Assembly: GCA_965208105.1 (NCBI GenBank)
Contig: OZ242318.1
Location: forward strand, 1,184,001-1,248,000
Reading direction: 5' to 3'
Origin: Candidatus Latescibacterota bacterium
GTDB taxonomy: Bacteria; Latescibacterota; UBA2968; UBA8231
Length of the DNA stretch: 64,000 bases
Part shown: positions 1-9,501 of the stretch, piece by piece
How positions within the stretch are numbered: the first letter of the stretch is position 1
How the letters are laid out: each line of letters begins with the position of its first letter
Translations under genes and position numbers: made by a program
Notes under the pieces: generated by a model
The model's database searches: none
What the model saw: the letters and a program-made list of their open reading frames with translations, nothing else
What the model was told of the DNA's origin: nothing

Positions 1-2
1 TC

Positions 3-677
<675 letters not shown>

Positions 678-686
678 GGGGGAACC

Positions 687-1046
687 ATGGCGCAGAAGCA
701 CAGCACGGTGCGCAATGGCAAACGGCTGGTGTGGCACACCGAAAAGCTGTGGGCCCTGTCCGCCCACCTCGTTCCATTCGAGATCGAGATCGCCGCAATC
801 GGGGAGCTTGACCGGGACTGCTGGTTCGGCGCGGGGAAGAAGCCCACCCTCAGGGAGGTGGCGCGCCATTGCCGCCAAATCAACGAAGCCTCCCTGGACC
901 AACCCATCATCCTCAACGCCGACGGCTCGCTCATGGACGGCGGCCACCGCCTGTGCAAAGCCTTGCTCGAGGGCAAAAAGACCATAAAGGCGGTGCAGTT
1001 TTCCACCATGCCCGAGCCGGACGAGATCCACCTTCTGGATTCCTGA
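687..1046 (+). CDS. Small ParB/Srx-like N-terminal domain protein
   Basis: 119 aa, GAGGGGG RBS; PIILNADGSLMDGGHRLCKA resembles the ParB-N/sulfiredoxin DGxHR motif. Confidence 0.6.
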   Translation: MAQKHSTVRNGKRLVWHTEKLWALSAHLVPFEIEIAAIGELDRDCWFGAGKKPTLREVARHCRQINEASLDQPIILNADGSLMDGGHRLCKALLEGKKTIKAVQFSTMPEPDEIHLLDS

Positions 1047-1057
1047 CCCGCGGGCTG

Positions 1058-3169
1058 CTAGGCCTGGATCAGCAGGTTGCCGAAGGGGTCCACCTCGGCG
1101 CGGTAGCCTGGGTGGACCAGGGTGGTGGAGTCCATCTCCTCGACGATGGCGGGACCATCGATGCGGCAGCCTGCACCCAGCTTGTAGCGGTCGAAAATGG
1201 GGCAGTCCACGTAGGATTCTTCCTCGGCAAAATAGACCTGGCGCAGCGATTTTCGCGCGCTCTGCGCATTGTCCCCCTGCTGCAGCCGCCGCAGCGCCGG
1301 CTTGGCGATATCGCCGACGGCGGCCAGGCGCAGGTTCACCGCTTCCACCGGCTCGTCGGCGGCGTTGAATCCGTACACCCGGGCGTGCTCGGCGTGGAAT
1401 GCGGCGGCGAGGCGCTCCAGCTCGCGCGCCGGGAACGCGGCGTCGCGCACCGCGATGGGCAGCTCGTAGCTCTGGCCGACGTAGCGCAGGTCCAGCATCC
1501 TCTCGAAGCGCATGGCCCCGGGGTCCACGCCCTCGTCCTCGAGGGCGCCGCGCCCCCGCTGCTCCAGGCGGCCGAAGGCGGCCACCAGGTGGTCCGGGTC
1601 CATGGCGTCGAGGCGCTGGATGGAGGTGGTGTTGTACTCGTGCTTGAGGTCGGTGGCCAAAAGCCCCATGGCGGAGAAGGTGCCCGGGCTGCGGGGGACG
1701 ATGACCAGCGGAATGTCGAGCTCGGCGGCCAGGCGGTTGGCGTGCAGCGGCCCGGCGCCGCCGAAGGCGACGAGGGCGAAGTCGCGGGGATCGAAGCCGC
1801 GCTGTATCGAGATCCGCCGCAGCGCCCCGGCCATAGCCGCGTTGGCGATCTCGACGATGCCGTGGGCCGCTTCCACCAGCTCCATGTTCAGCGACCGGGC
1901 GCAGCTTGCGGCGATGGCCTCCCGCGCGGCAGCCACGTCGAGGGCAATCTCACCGCCGAGGAAGTAGCCCGGGTCGATGCGCCCCAGGACCAGGTTGGCG
2001 TCGGTTATGGTGGGCTCGGTCCCTCCCGAGGCATAGCACACCGGGCCGGGATCCGCCCCGGCGCTGCGGGGACCGACGCGCAGCAGGCTGGCGCTATCCA
2101 CCCAGGCCACCGAGCCGCCGCCGGCGCCGATCTCCACCAGGTCGATGACCGGGGTCCTGAGCGGGTACCCTCCCCCCTTGCCGCCGTGGTCGCTGGGACT
2201 GGCGGCGCTGCCCACCTCGTACTCCTTGGTAATTTGGGGAACGCTCTCCTGGATCAGCCCGGTCTTCGCCGTGGTGCCCCCCATGTCGAAGGACAGGAGA
2301 TTCGGTTTGCCGAGCTCGGCGCCGAGGTAGCTGGCGGCGATGACCCCGGCGGCGGGCCCGGACTCCACCATGAACACGGGCCTCTCCGCCCCCGCCGCGA
2401 AGGTGTAGACGCCGCCGCTGCTCTGCATGAGGAGGAGGGAGGCGGACACTCCCTCCTGGCGCAGGCGCGACTCGATGCGCTGCAGGTAGCTGCCCACCAC
2501 GGGCCGGATGCCGGCGTTGATCACCGTGGTGCTGGCGCGGAAGTATTCGCGGAAGTCCGGGGCGATCTCGGAGGAGAGGGAAACGGCGTGAGAGGGAAAG
2601 ACCTCGCGAAGGATTTCTCCCACCCTTTCCTCGTGTTCCGGGTTGAGGTAGGAATGGAGGAGGCAGACGGCCACGGACTGCACCCCCTCCGCCTGCAATT
2701 CCTCCGCCGCCTGGCGCACCGCGGCTTCGTCCAGGGGCTCCACCACCCGGCCGCGCCCGTCGAGGCGCTCGGGAACGCCGCGGCACCGGTAGCGCGGAAC
2801 CAGGGGGGCCGGCTTGCGAAAGTGGACGTCGTAGAGGGAGGAGCGGATCTGGCGCTGGATCTCCAGCATGTCGCGGAATCCGGCGGTGGTGACGAAGCCG
2901 GTGGGGGCGAGCTTGCCCTCGATGATGGAGTTGGTCGCCACGGTGGTGGCGTGCACCACGTAGCTCAGGTCCACGGGTTCCACCCCGGCCTCGGCGAGGA
3001 TGCGGGTGGCGGCGCTCAAGAAGCCGCGCGAAGGGTCGTCGGGGGTGGAAGGGACCTTGGAGATGCGCACCTCGCCGCTGGATTCGTCGATCAGTATGGC
3101 GTCGGTGAAGGTCCCGCCGATGTCGACCCCCAGGCGGTGGGTCTTCTTTGTGCTCGCCGCTTCGCTCAG
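1058..3169 (-). CDS. Hydantoinase/oxoprolinase A subunit (ATP-binding)
   Basis: RLGVDIGGTFTD, HATTVATN, ESGPAAG, DMGGTT, GAGGGS, SAGADPGP, FGGAGPLH; start re-called to CTG at 3169 behind AAGGAGG. Confidence 0.93.
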   Translation of the reverse strand: MSEAASTKKTHRLGVDIGGTFTDAILIDESSGEVRISKVPSTPDDPSRGFLSAATRILAEAGVEPVDLSYVVHATTVATNSIIEGKLAPTGFVTTAGFRDMLEIQRQIRSSLYDVHFRKPAPLVPRYRCRGVPERLDGRGRVVEPLDEAAVRQAAEELQAEGVQSVAVCLLHSYLNPEHEERVGEILREVFPSHAVSLSSEIAPDFREYFRASTTVINAGIRPVVGSYLQRIESRLRQEGVSASLLLMQSSGGVYTFAAGAERPVFMVESGPAAGVIAASYLGAELGKPNLLSFDMGGTTAKTGLIQESVPQITKEYEVGSAASPSDHGGKGGGYPLRTPVIDLVEIGAGGGSVAWVDSASLLRVGPRSAGADPGPVCYASGGTEPTITDANLVLGRIDPGYFLGGEIALDVAAAREAIAASCARSLNMELVEAAHGIVEIANAAMAGALRRISIQRGFDPRDFALVAFGGAGPLHANRLAAELDIPLVIVPRSPGTFSAMGLLATDLKHEYNTTSIQRLDAMDPDHLVAAFGRLEQRGRGALEDEGVDPGAMRFERMLDLRYVGQSYELPIAVRDAAFPARELERLAAAFHAEHARVYGFNAADEPVEAVNLRLAAVGDIAKPALRRLQQGDNAQSARKSLRQVYFAEEESYVDCPIFDRYKLGAGCRIDGPAIVEEMDSTTLVHPGYRAEVDPFGNLLIQA

Positions 3170-3173
3170 ACCG

Positions 3174-4973
3174 TCAACCCTCCTTCGCCGCCTTCGTCCG
3201 GGCGGTCCCCTTCCCTGCAGCCGAGCTTCCCCGGGCCGCGGCGGCCTCCTCCGCCGCGCTGCGCAGCCTGGCGGTCTCCTCCGCGTCCACGCTCCAGGAC
3301 TCCGTGTCCACCGCCACCCGGTAGACCGAGCGCGCCCGCTCCAGGCTGACCTTGCCGTCGCGCACGTCCCTGAGCACGAGCCGCGGGTCCCTCTCCTCCG
3401 GTGGGCCGAAGCCGCCGCCGCCGCAGGTGCGGTAGCTGATGACCTCCCCCGGCTTGAGCTGCACCGTGACCTTTGACCCCAGCTCGCGCACGCCGTCGTC
3501 GTTCTCCAGCACGTAGGCGGCCCTGCGCCCGTCCCTTCCCTGGAAGAGGCCGCCGGGGCCCCAGCGGTCGCGGTCGGCGAGAATGGTGAAGCTGGTCTCG
3601 CCCCCCAGGAACTGGTAGTCGCGCCGCATTCCCAGGCCGCCGCGGTACTTGCCCGCCCCATCGCTGTCGTCCACCAGCTCGTAGCGCAGGATGCGCACCG
3701 GGTAGTTCATCTCGGTCTCCTCGATGGGAGCGTTCTCCGTGTTCTGCCCGTGGGCCTGCACCGCGTCGGGGCCGTCGCTGCTGCAGCGTCCCCCGTAGCC
3801 GCCGCCCAGGGTCTCCAGGAAGCAGTAGTACTCGCCGCTGGCCGGATCGATGCCGCCGAACCCGGAGTGGCAGATCATGCCCTTGGTGCCGGCTGGAACC
3901 CGCCGCGGAATGGCCTGGGAGAGGGCCCTGAACATGACCTCCACCAGGCGCATATGGGTCTCCCAGCCTCCCACCACCGGCGCCGGCGGGGTGCAGTGAA
4001 CCACGGTCCCCTCGGGGGCGACGAGGCGCACCGAGCGGTAGAACCCGGCGTTGATGGGCACGTCGGTGTCGATGGCGCAGCGCAGCGCGTAGGCGGCCGC
4101 GGCATAAGTCATTGAGTAGGTGGAGTTCACCGGCGCCGTGCGCTGCGGATCGCTCCCGGTGAAATCGAAGAGCATGCCGTCGCCGTCGATGACGATGCGC
4201 ACCGCGAGCCTGACCGGGTCGTCGGTGAAGCCGTCGTTGTCCACCCGTCCCTCGGCGGCGAACTCGCCGCGGGGAAGCTTGGCCACCTGGTCGCGGGTGA
4301 GGCGGTCGGAGTAGTCGATCAAACGGGAGACGTAGTCGTCGACGGTGGCGCTGCCGTAGCGTTCGAGCAGGTGGGTGAGACGGCGCCCCCCGGTGTTGTT
4401 GGCGGCGATCTGGGCGCGGAAGTCCCCGGCGGTCTCGCGCTTGGAACGAATCTGCCCGAGAATGAGGCGAAAGACGTCGTCGTTGATCTCCCCTCCCTCG
4501 GCGAGCTTCACCGGCGGGATGATGATGCCCTCCTGGTACACCTCGCGGAAGGCGCCCACACTGGCCGGCGCCCCACCGCCCACGTCAACGTGGTGGGCCA
4601 GGTTGGACACGTAGCCGAAGACCTCGCCCTCGAAGTAGACCGGGGAGATGACGAAGATGTCGTTGAGATGGACCCCTCCCAAGTAGGGGTCGTTCATGAC
4701 GATGGTGTCTCCCGGACCCAGGTTCTCGACGCCGTAGTCGCGCAGCGCCAGGGGCACCATGCGCACCATGGAGCCCAGGTGGTTGGCCTGGGCGAAGCAC
4801 TGGGCGAGGACGCGCATTTCGCGGTCGAAGATGGCGCATGAGTAGTCGCAGCGGGTCTTGATGTTGGTGGAGTAGGCGCTGCGGCGCAGAGCCGCGGACA
4901 TCTCCTCGGTGGTCTCCACCAAGGCGTTGCGGATGACCTCGAATTTTATCGGATCGTAGGCGGCGTCCTTCAT
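3174..4973 (-). CDS. Hydantoinase B/oxoprolinase family subunit
   Basis: DPIKFEVIRNAL, NDPYLGGVHLND, HHVDVGG, SDGAGKYRGGLG, TCGGGGFG; start re-called to ATG 4973. Confidence 0.93.
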   Translation of the reverse strand: MKDAAYDPIKFEVIRNALVETTEEMSAALRRSAYSTNIKTRCDYSCAIFDREMRVLAQCFAQANHLGSMVRMVPLALRDYGVENLGPGDTIVMNDPYLGGVHLNDIFVISPVYFEGEVFGYVSNLAHHVDVGGGAPASVGAFREVYQEGIIIPPVKLAEGGEINDDVFRLILGQIRSKRETAGDFRAQIAANNTGGRRLTHLLERYGSATVDDYVSRLIDYSDRLTRDQVAKLPRGEFAAEGRVDNDGFTDDPVRLAVRIVIDGDGMLFDFTGSDPQRTAPVNSTYSMTYAAAAYALRCAIDTDVPINAGFYRSVRLVAPEGTVVHCTPPAPVVGGWETHMRLVEVMFRALSQAIPRRVPAGTKGMICHSGFGGIDPASGEYYCFLETLGGGYGGRCSSDGPDAVQAHGQNTENAPIEETEMNYPVRILRYELVDDSDGAGKYRGGLGMRRDYQFLGGETSFTILADRDRWGPGGLFQGRDGRRAAYVLENDDGVRELGSKVTVQLKPGEVISYRTCGGGGFGPPEERDPRLVLRDVRDGKVSLERARSVYRVAVDTESWSVDAEETARLRSAAEEAAAARGSSAAGKGTARTKAAKEG

Positions 4974-4983
4974 CTCGCAGGGT

Positions 4984-5011
4984 AATATATCCTTTTGCCA
5001 GCCGGGCTCAA
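4984..5011 (-). promoter_or_regulatory. Putative sigma70 promoter for hydantoinase B-A
   Basis: TTGAGC-16 nt-TATATT, 10 nt before the ATG, no SD. Confidence 0.45.
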
Positions 5012-5308
5012 GGACGGGCGGGGCAAAATCAATATGGTATGGGGATTGACCGGGCAACGGAGCCAGAATCAGATTACAGATGCGGCTTTCAACAAATTCG
5101 TTGACAACGGATCTGTTGAATATCGGGGATGTTGGGCAGTCGCGCTCCAGGTCTCTCAGGCGCACTTCGCCCGCAGCCGATCAGGCGTAGTCGAATTGCG
5201 GTTGGGGATCTGGTTGCGCGGATGTGATGGCTGGCGCTCGCTCCTGCAAGCCCGGGCCGTGCAGACAGCAGTGGATCGAACTTGGGTCGATGAACCAAAA
5301 ATAAAGGC

Positions 5309-6856
5309 TCAATCCTCAAGCCAGTAAGAATAAAACGCACCGTTGCGCAGCGCAAAGCGCAGACTGACCATCTGCCCTTTCAATTCTCTCGGATTGCCCT
5401 TTTGCCATCGTACCTCACCATTCAGTAAATCGCCCTGTATCAGCGCCGATGTGGCCAAAACCTTGCCCTCTCCGTCTACCATCTCAACGCGCAACCCTCC
5501 CTCCTCCAGCTCCGCATTGACCATCAGCTTATTGCCCTGCAAGGTGAAAGGCTGCGTCTGCACAACACCCTCTTCCTCCCCGGCATCGAGCGAAACAAAG
5601 CCATCGCGCCGCAGCACCGCCAGGTGGAGCGCACAGTCGGAGTCGTCCAACCAGTCGGCCCGCTCGGCGTCGGACAGCGTAGAAGGATCGCGTGGACGGC
5701 CATCGGTAAAGTGGGCGTAAAAGCTCGCTCGCCGCTTCATGCCGTTGTAGTAGAAGCGCACCTCGTCGCCGTGAACCACACCCTGGTTGAAAAAGCCCAG
5801 CTGCAGGCGGTCGTAGTTCCCCACCAGGCCCTCGTCGAGGCGCGAGGTTTCCAAAAAGGGTTGCCGATCCCCCAACCGCTCCCATTGGTCCAGGTCGCGA
5901 CTGGCGGCCAGCTGAATGGTATTGAACCCGTCCGTATTGACGCGTTCAGGCAAATTCTGGCCTGTTGGATAGAAGACCGTGGTCAGCCCGAGATACACTC
6001 CTTCGTAGGGAAATACCCCGAAATTATAGCACTCTGCCTGCCAGGTAGCTATGTGGTTTTTGCCTTCCGGCGGCGTCCAGCCCACAGCCGGGTCCGGATC
6101 CACGAACATCGGCTTGGCCAGAGCGGGATTGGCCAGACGGCGCCGAATAATATCCAGAGCCATCTCCTGGTCGCGCCCCGTGTCCATGCCAAAGATGAAG
6201 CGCGGCTCCGACCAGTTCTCGAAATCCTCACTGACCGCCACGTCGTACGCACGTCCCACGGCGGCGGGATTGGCAATCGCACCGGGCCTTTTGAGCAGGG
6301 CGAGAAAACGCCTTTGCGGCCGGTCGTAGGTCATGGTGCCGGCGTCGCCCGAACGCAGGTTGAGGGGATCAAATTCCAGCTTGCGCCAGTGGGTGCAGTC
6401 GGGACTGACCACCGGAATGCGCCCCTTCGGCACGGTGATCAAGCCTTTATAGCGCCGCGACTCGTCGGCGTCGTCCGGATCGTAAACGACATGCCAGACC
6501 CGCTTCCTGTCGGGAGTTTCAAAGAGGTTGTTCTGCTTCGAGCCCTGGAAGTCGACGAGCCCCAACTCGGGCTTTTCCCATTGCAAGCCATTGGTAGAGA
6601 TTGCCAGAGCATACCTCTTTTCCTCCCCCGAACGCACCTCGTAAACCAGCTTGTAGACCTTCTCGTCCTCGATCCACATAGGCGCCGAGGCTGTATGCAC
6701 TCCATTTCCATCGGAGGGCTGATCGACTTTCAATACAACTCCGCGCTTTTCGGGCCGGTGCATGGTCGTGGTCAGGTTCTCCATCCGGGCGATGCCCACA
6801 TCATCCAGAAAGAGCTGTCGCTGCTCCGGCGCCACCTTAAACCCGACTGGCTTCAT
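5309..6856 (-). CDS. Uncharacterised GH32/GH43-like beta-propeller + beta-sandwich protein, paralogue 1
   Basis: RQLFLDD, WEKPELG, YNFGVFPYEGVYLGL, SRDL..W, LAVLRRDGFVSLDAG; paralogous to 9502-10986 and 17162-18610; no signal peptide. Confidence 0.7.
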   Translation of the reverse strand: MKPVGFKVAPEQRQLFLDDVGIARMENLTTTMHRPEKRGVVLKVDQPSDGNGVHTASAPMWIEDEKVYKLVYEVRSGEEKRYALAISTNGLQWEKPELGLVDFQGSKQNNLFETPDRKRVWHVVYDPDDADESRRYKGLITVPKGRIPVVSPDCTHWRKLEFDPLNLRSGDAGTMTYDRPQRRFLALLKRPGAIANPAAVGRAYDVAVSEDFENWSEPRFIFGMDTGRDQEMALDIIRRRLANPALAKPMFVDPDPAVGWTPPEGKNHIATWQAECYNFGVFPYEGVYLGLTTVFYPTGQNLPERVNTDGFNTIQLAASRDLDQWERLGDRQPFLETSRLDEGLVGNYDRLQLGFFNQGVVHGDEVRFYYNGMKRRASFYAHFTDGRPRDPSTLSDAERADWLDDSDCALHLAVLRRDGFVSLDAGEEEGVVQTQPFTLQGNKLMVNAELEEGGLRVEMVDGEGKVLATSALIQGDLLNGEVRWQKGNPRELKGQMVSLRFALRNGAFYSYWLED

Positions 6857-6936
6857 CTTTGACGATCTCCTTTGTATGATTGTATGAAGCAGCCCGCGAT
6901 CAATTCCAGCATTTCCGGCGAGAGCCGTGCCTTGAC

Positions 6937-6975
6937 GCACAGGGCATTGTCAAAGCAATCGCCGGCCGAGCCCAT
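6937..6975 (-). mobile_element. IS3-family transposase remnant (13 codons)
   Basis: Translates to MGSAGDCFDNALC, matching the IS3 integrase-core SMGxxGDCxDNA motif; no flanking transposase ORF. Confidence 0.55.
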
Positions 6976-7016
6976 CGCCGACTGAAGCCGGGTCACCGAA
7001 GAGAAAACGCACCTCA

Positions 7017-7907
7017 TCAGGCCGGATAGGAAAATCCCTCTCCGATCTTCCACACTCCCTTCTCGCGAAAAGCGGGAATGGTCTGGCGGCGGGCGGCGTT
7101 GGTGACCGCGGCGGCCGATAGCCCATGCTGCCTGATATAATCCGACAGCCTGACGATGGCCTCCCCCTGCAAATAGCTCAGCCTCTTGTGCAGAGACTCT
7201 GTGAGCGCCAGCGCCAGAATGCCTTCCATAATCCTCGTGTTTTTGCGGGCTTCATAGTCTCTGAACGCCTCGTAGTAACGCTCTTTCTCCGAATTTCGGA
7301 CGATGAGGCGCGGCAGCCCGAGTTGGAGAAGCTGAAAATTTATGATGACACGCCCGAGACGGCCGTTGCCGTCGCAAAAGGGATGGATGGTCTCGAAATC
7401 CAGGTGAAATCGGGCAATCTTGTCGAGGCAATATGACCCGAGGTCGCTGGAATACTCGAGGAGAATGTTGTCCATCATGCGCTCCACCTGCTCGGGTGCC
7501 GCTGCGATATGAGTACCCACCCGCACATACTCCCCATGCTGGCGATAGCGGCCGGCGATGGCATCATCAATGCCGCCGATGAGCATCTGATGCAAGAGGA
7601 GTATCAGCTCTTTGTTGAGCTCGCTGTCTTTGGCTCTGGCACGCTTGTATTCCATTAGGCGGGCCAGGTTTTTCGCCTCGAAGACTTCCCGCACAGAAAC
7701 ATCTCGGGACAGCGCCTGCTCCAAAAGGATTTTCTCCGTCTCATCAAGAGTGAGGGTTGAATTCTCGATCGCGTTCGAATTGTACACACTCTCGGATATC
7801 TCCACTTCATCGATCATTGACAGCAGCGCCTCCTTGCCGTGACGCAAGGTATCGTAGGCACGTTTAAGCCCCTGGATGCGGACTCTTATCGGCTGTGTAG
7901 TGGCCAT
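7017..7907 (-). CDS. Fic family protein with internal inhibitory helix and possible C-terminal HTH
   Basis: HPFCDGNGRLGR catalytic motif; SNAIEN fits the (S/T)xxxE(G/N) inhibitory motif; lower GC than flanks. Confidence 0.92.
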   Translation of the reverse strand: MATTQPIRVRIQGLKRAYDTLRHGKEALLSMIDEVEISESVYNSNAIENSTLTLDETEKILLEQALSRDVSVREVFEAKNLARLMEYKRARAKDSELNKELILLLHQMLIGGIDDAIAGRYRQHGEYVRVGTHIAAAPEQVERMMDNILLEYSSDLGSYCLDKIARFHLDFETIHPFCDGNGRLGRVIINFQLLQLGLPRLIVRNSEKERYYEAFRDYEARKNTRIMEGILALALTESLHKRLSYLQGEAIVRLSDYIRQHGLSAAAVTNAARRQTIPAFREKGVWKIGEGFSYPA

Positions 7908-7913
7908 GTCGTT

Positions 7914-7942
7914 ATAGTAATATATTCACTATATATTGTCAA
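7914..7942 (-). promoter_or_regulatory. Sigma70 promoter of fic (leaderless) with overlapping inverted repeat
   Basis: TTGACA-17 nt-TACTAT, 6 nt before ATG; AATATA-N7-TATATT at 7919-7937. Confidence 0.7.
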
Positions 7943-8226
7943 ATATTCGTGAATGATCCGCGAAAAATTGGTTCTATTCACTATTTTTTGGTAAATATAA
8001 ATGAAGACGATGAGGAGAGAGAACAGAGCTGGTAGGTAGATCGGCGGCTTCCTGTGCAGCCCCCTTTCCCCCGCAACCCATCTTGATCGGCGCTGTGCCC
8101 GGCCTTATTTTAGGGCCTTCGCCCGCTGCGTCAACCGGCCCCTGCGGACCTGGATTCACCCCAGCCGCAGCCGCGGGCAATCCATCCCGTTTACTCGCAA
8201 TTCCCACCACCGAACGGAGGAAATCC

Positions 8227-9477
8227 TTGGCGACCATCAAACCCCACACCGTGGCCATCGTCGGCGCCGGCATCGCCGGTCTCAGCTCCGCCTTCCACAT
8301 CCGGGAGAAAGGGGTGGAGCGCGTGGTCCTGCTGGACAAGGGCAAGGTGGGCAGCGGCTCCAGCAGCAAATCCGGAGCGGTGAACACCATGCTCATGCCC
8401 ACCGAAACCGGCACCCGGGCGCGCGCCATAACCATGGACATCTTCGAGCGCTTCAGCAGGATCCTCGACGGCTACTCCTTTCACCAGGTGGGCTGCATGT
8501 ACATCCAGAACGAGGAGCAGTACCGCAATGGAGAGCGCGAGCAGGAGATGCACCGGCGCGCCGGCGCCAGGTTCGAGGTCCTGCGCCGCGCCGAAGCGGA
8601 GAAGCGCTTTCCGGCATTGCGCATAAGGGACGACGAGTACTGCATCCTCGATCTGCGCGGGGGATGGAACGAGCCCGACACCTACATCGCCGCCCTGTCG
8701 GCCAGGGTGCGGGAGATGGGGGTGGAGGTGCGCGAGGACGACCCGGTGGAGGAGTTCGTCGTCGAGGACGGGAAGGTGAGCGGAGTGCGCAGCCGCGAGG
8801 GCGGGGAGTTGCGCGCCGACGCCGTGGTGTGCACCATGAACGCCTGGGCAAACTCCCTGCTGGCCGCGGTGGACCAGCGCGTCCCGGCCCACAACTACGT
8901 GCACGAGCGCTTCGTCACCCCGCCCTTCGCCGAGCCGCCCCGGGTCCCGGCCACCAACGACAACGCCCTCCACGTCTACTACCGGCCCACCGAGGACAAC
9001 CGCCTGCTCTTCGGGACCGGGGAATCCCACGAGCCGGTGCGCATCACCTCCCCGGGCATCGACTTCGACTACTCCCGCCTCGAGCTCCACCCCGCGCCCG
9101 GACCCTTCATCAAGGAGGCCATCCGCTCCCGCCTGCCGCAGATGGAGGGAGTGGACCTGGTGGACCACCGCGTCGGCCTGGTGAGCATGACGGTGGACAC
9201 CATGCCCACCATCGGGCCCGTGGCCGCCCTCCCCGGGCTCTTCCTCGCCTGCAACTTCAACTCCGGCGGCTTCGGCTACCACGCCGTCGCCGGCCTGCTG
9301 ATGTCGGAGTTCATCGTCGACGGACAGACCCGCATCGACGTGGCCGAATTTTCGCCGGACCGCTACAAGAGGGTGGATGTGGACGCATTCCTGGCCGCCG
9401 ACCTCAAGTACAAGGACGCCTGGGTCCAGTCCCCTGCCAACGAGGAGGGCCGGGACCCCGTCATCCGCCGCCATTGA
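8227..9477 (+). CDS. FAD-dependent oxidoreductase (DAO/sarcosine oxidase-like)
   Basis: VAIVGAGIAG Rossmann motif, GSGSSSKSGA, T.D..P.IG and GF..H..AG C-terminal motifs; TTG start after GGAGG. Confidence 0.88.
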   Translation: MATIKPHTVAIVGAGIAGLSSAFHIREKGVERVVLLDKGKVGSGSSSKSGAVNTMLMPTETGTRARAITMDIFERFSRILDGYSFHQVGCMYIQNEEQYRNGEREQEMHRRAGARFEVLRRAEAEKRFPALRIRDDEYCILDLRGGWNEPDTYIAALSARVREMGVEVREDDPVEEFVVEDGKVSGVRSREGGELRADAVVCTMNAWANSLLAAVDQRVPAHNYVHERFVTPPFAEPPRVPATNDNALHVYYRPTEDNRLLFGTGESHEPVRITSPGIDFDYSRLELHPAPGPFIKEAIRSRLPQMEGVDLVDHRVGLVSMTVDTMPTIGPVAALPGLFLACNFNSGGFGYHAVAGLLMSEFIVDGQTRIDVAEFSPDRYKRVDVDAFLAADLKYKDAWVQSPANEEGRDPVIRRH

Positions 9478-9501
9478 TGCGCTGCCGCGGCGGGGCTGCC
9501 T

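Noticed and set aside
869-3349. 826 aa + strand ORF, and similar long antisense ORFs (12807-15461, 26995-29130, 41415-43373, 48974-51082, 53226-55538, 59952-62630)
   Set aside because: They mirror well-supported genes on the opposite strand, have no recognisable motifs, and are expected shadow ORFs in high-GC DNA
3170-3661. N-terminal extension of the hydantoinase A ORF suggesting an overlap or B-A fusion
   Set aside because: It overlaps the B-subunit coding frame, is low-complexity, and B ends with its own stop and a downstream RBS
4995-5355. Short ORFs in the hydantoinase B / GH-like intergenic region
   Set aside because: No convincing RBS, motifs or codon bias; may be degraded DNA but cannot be supported
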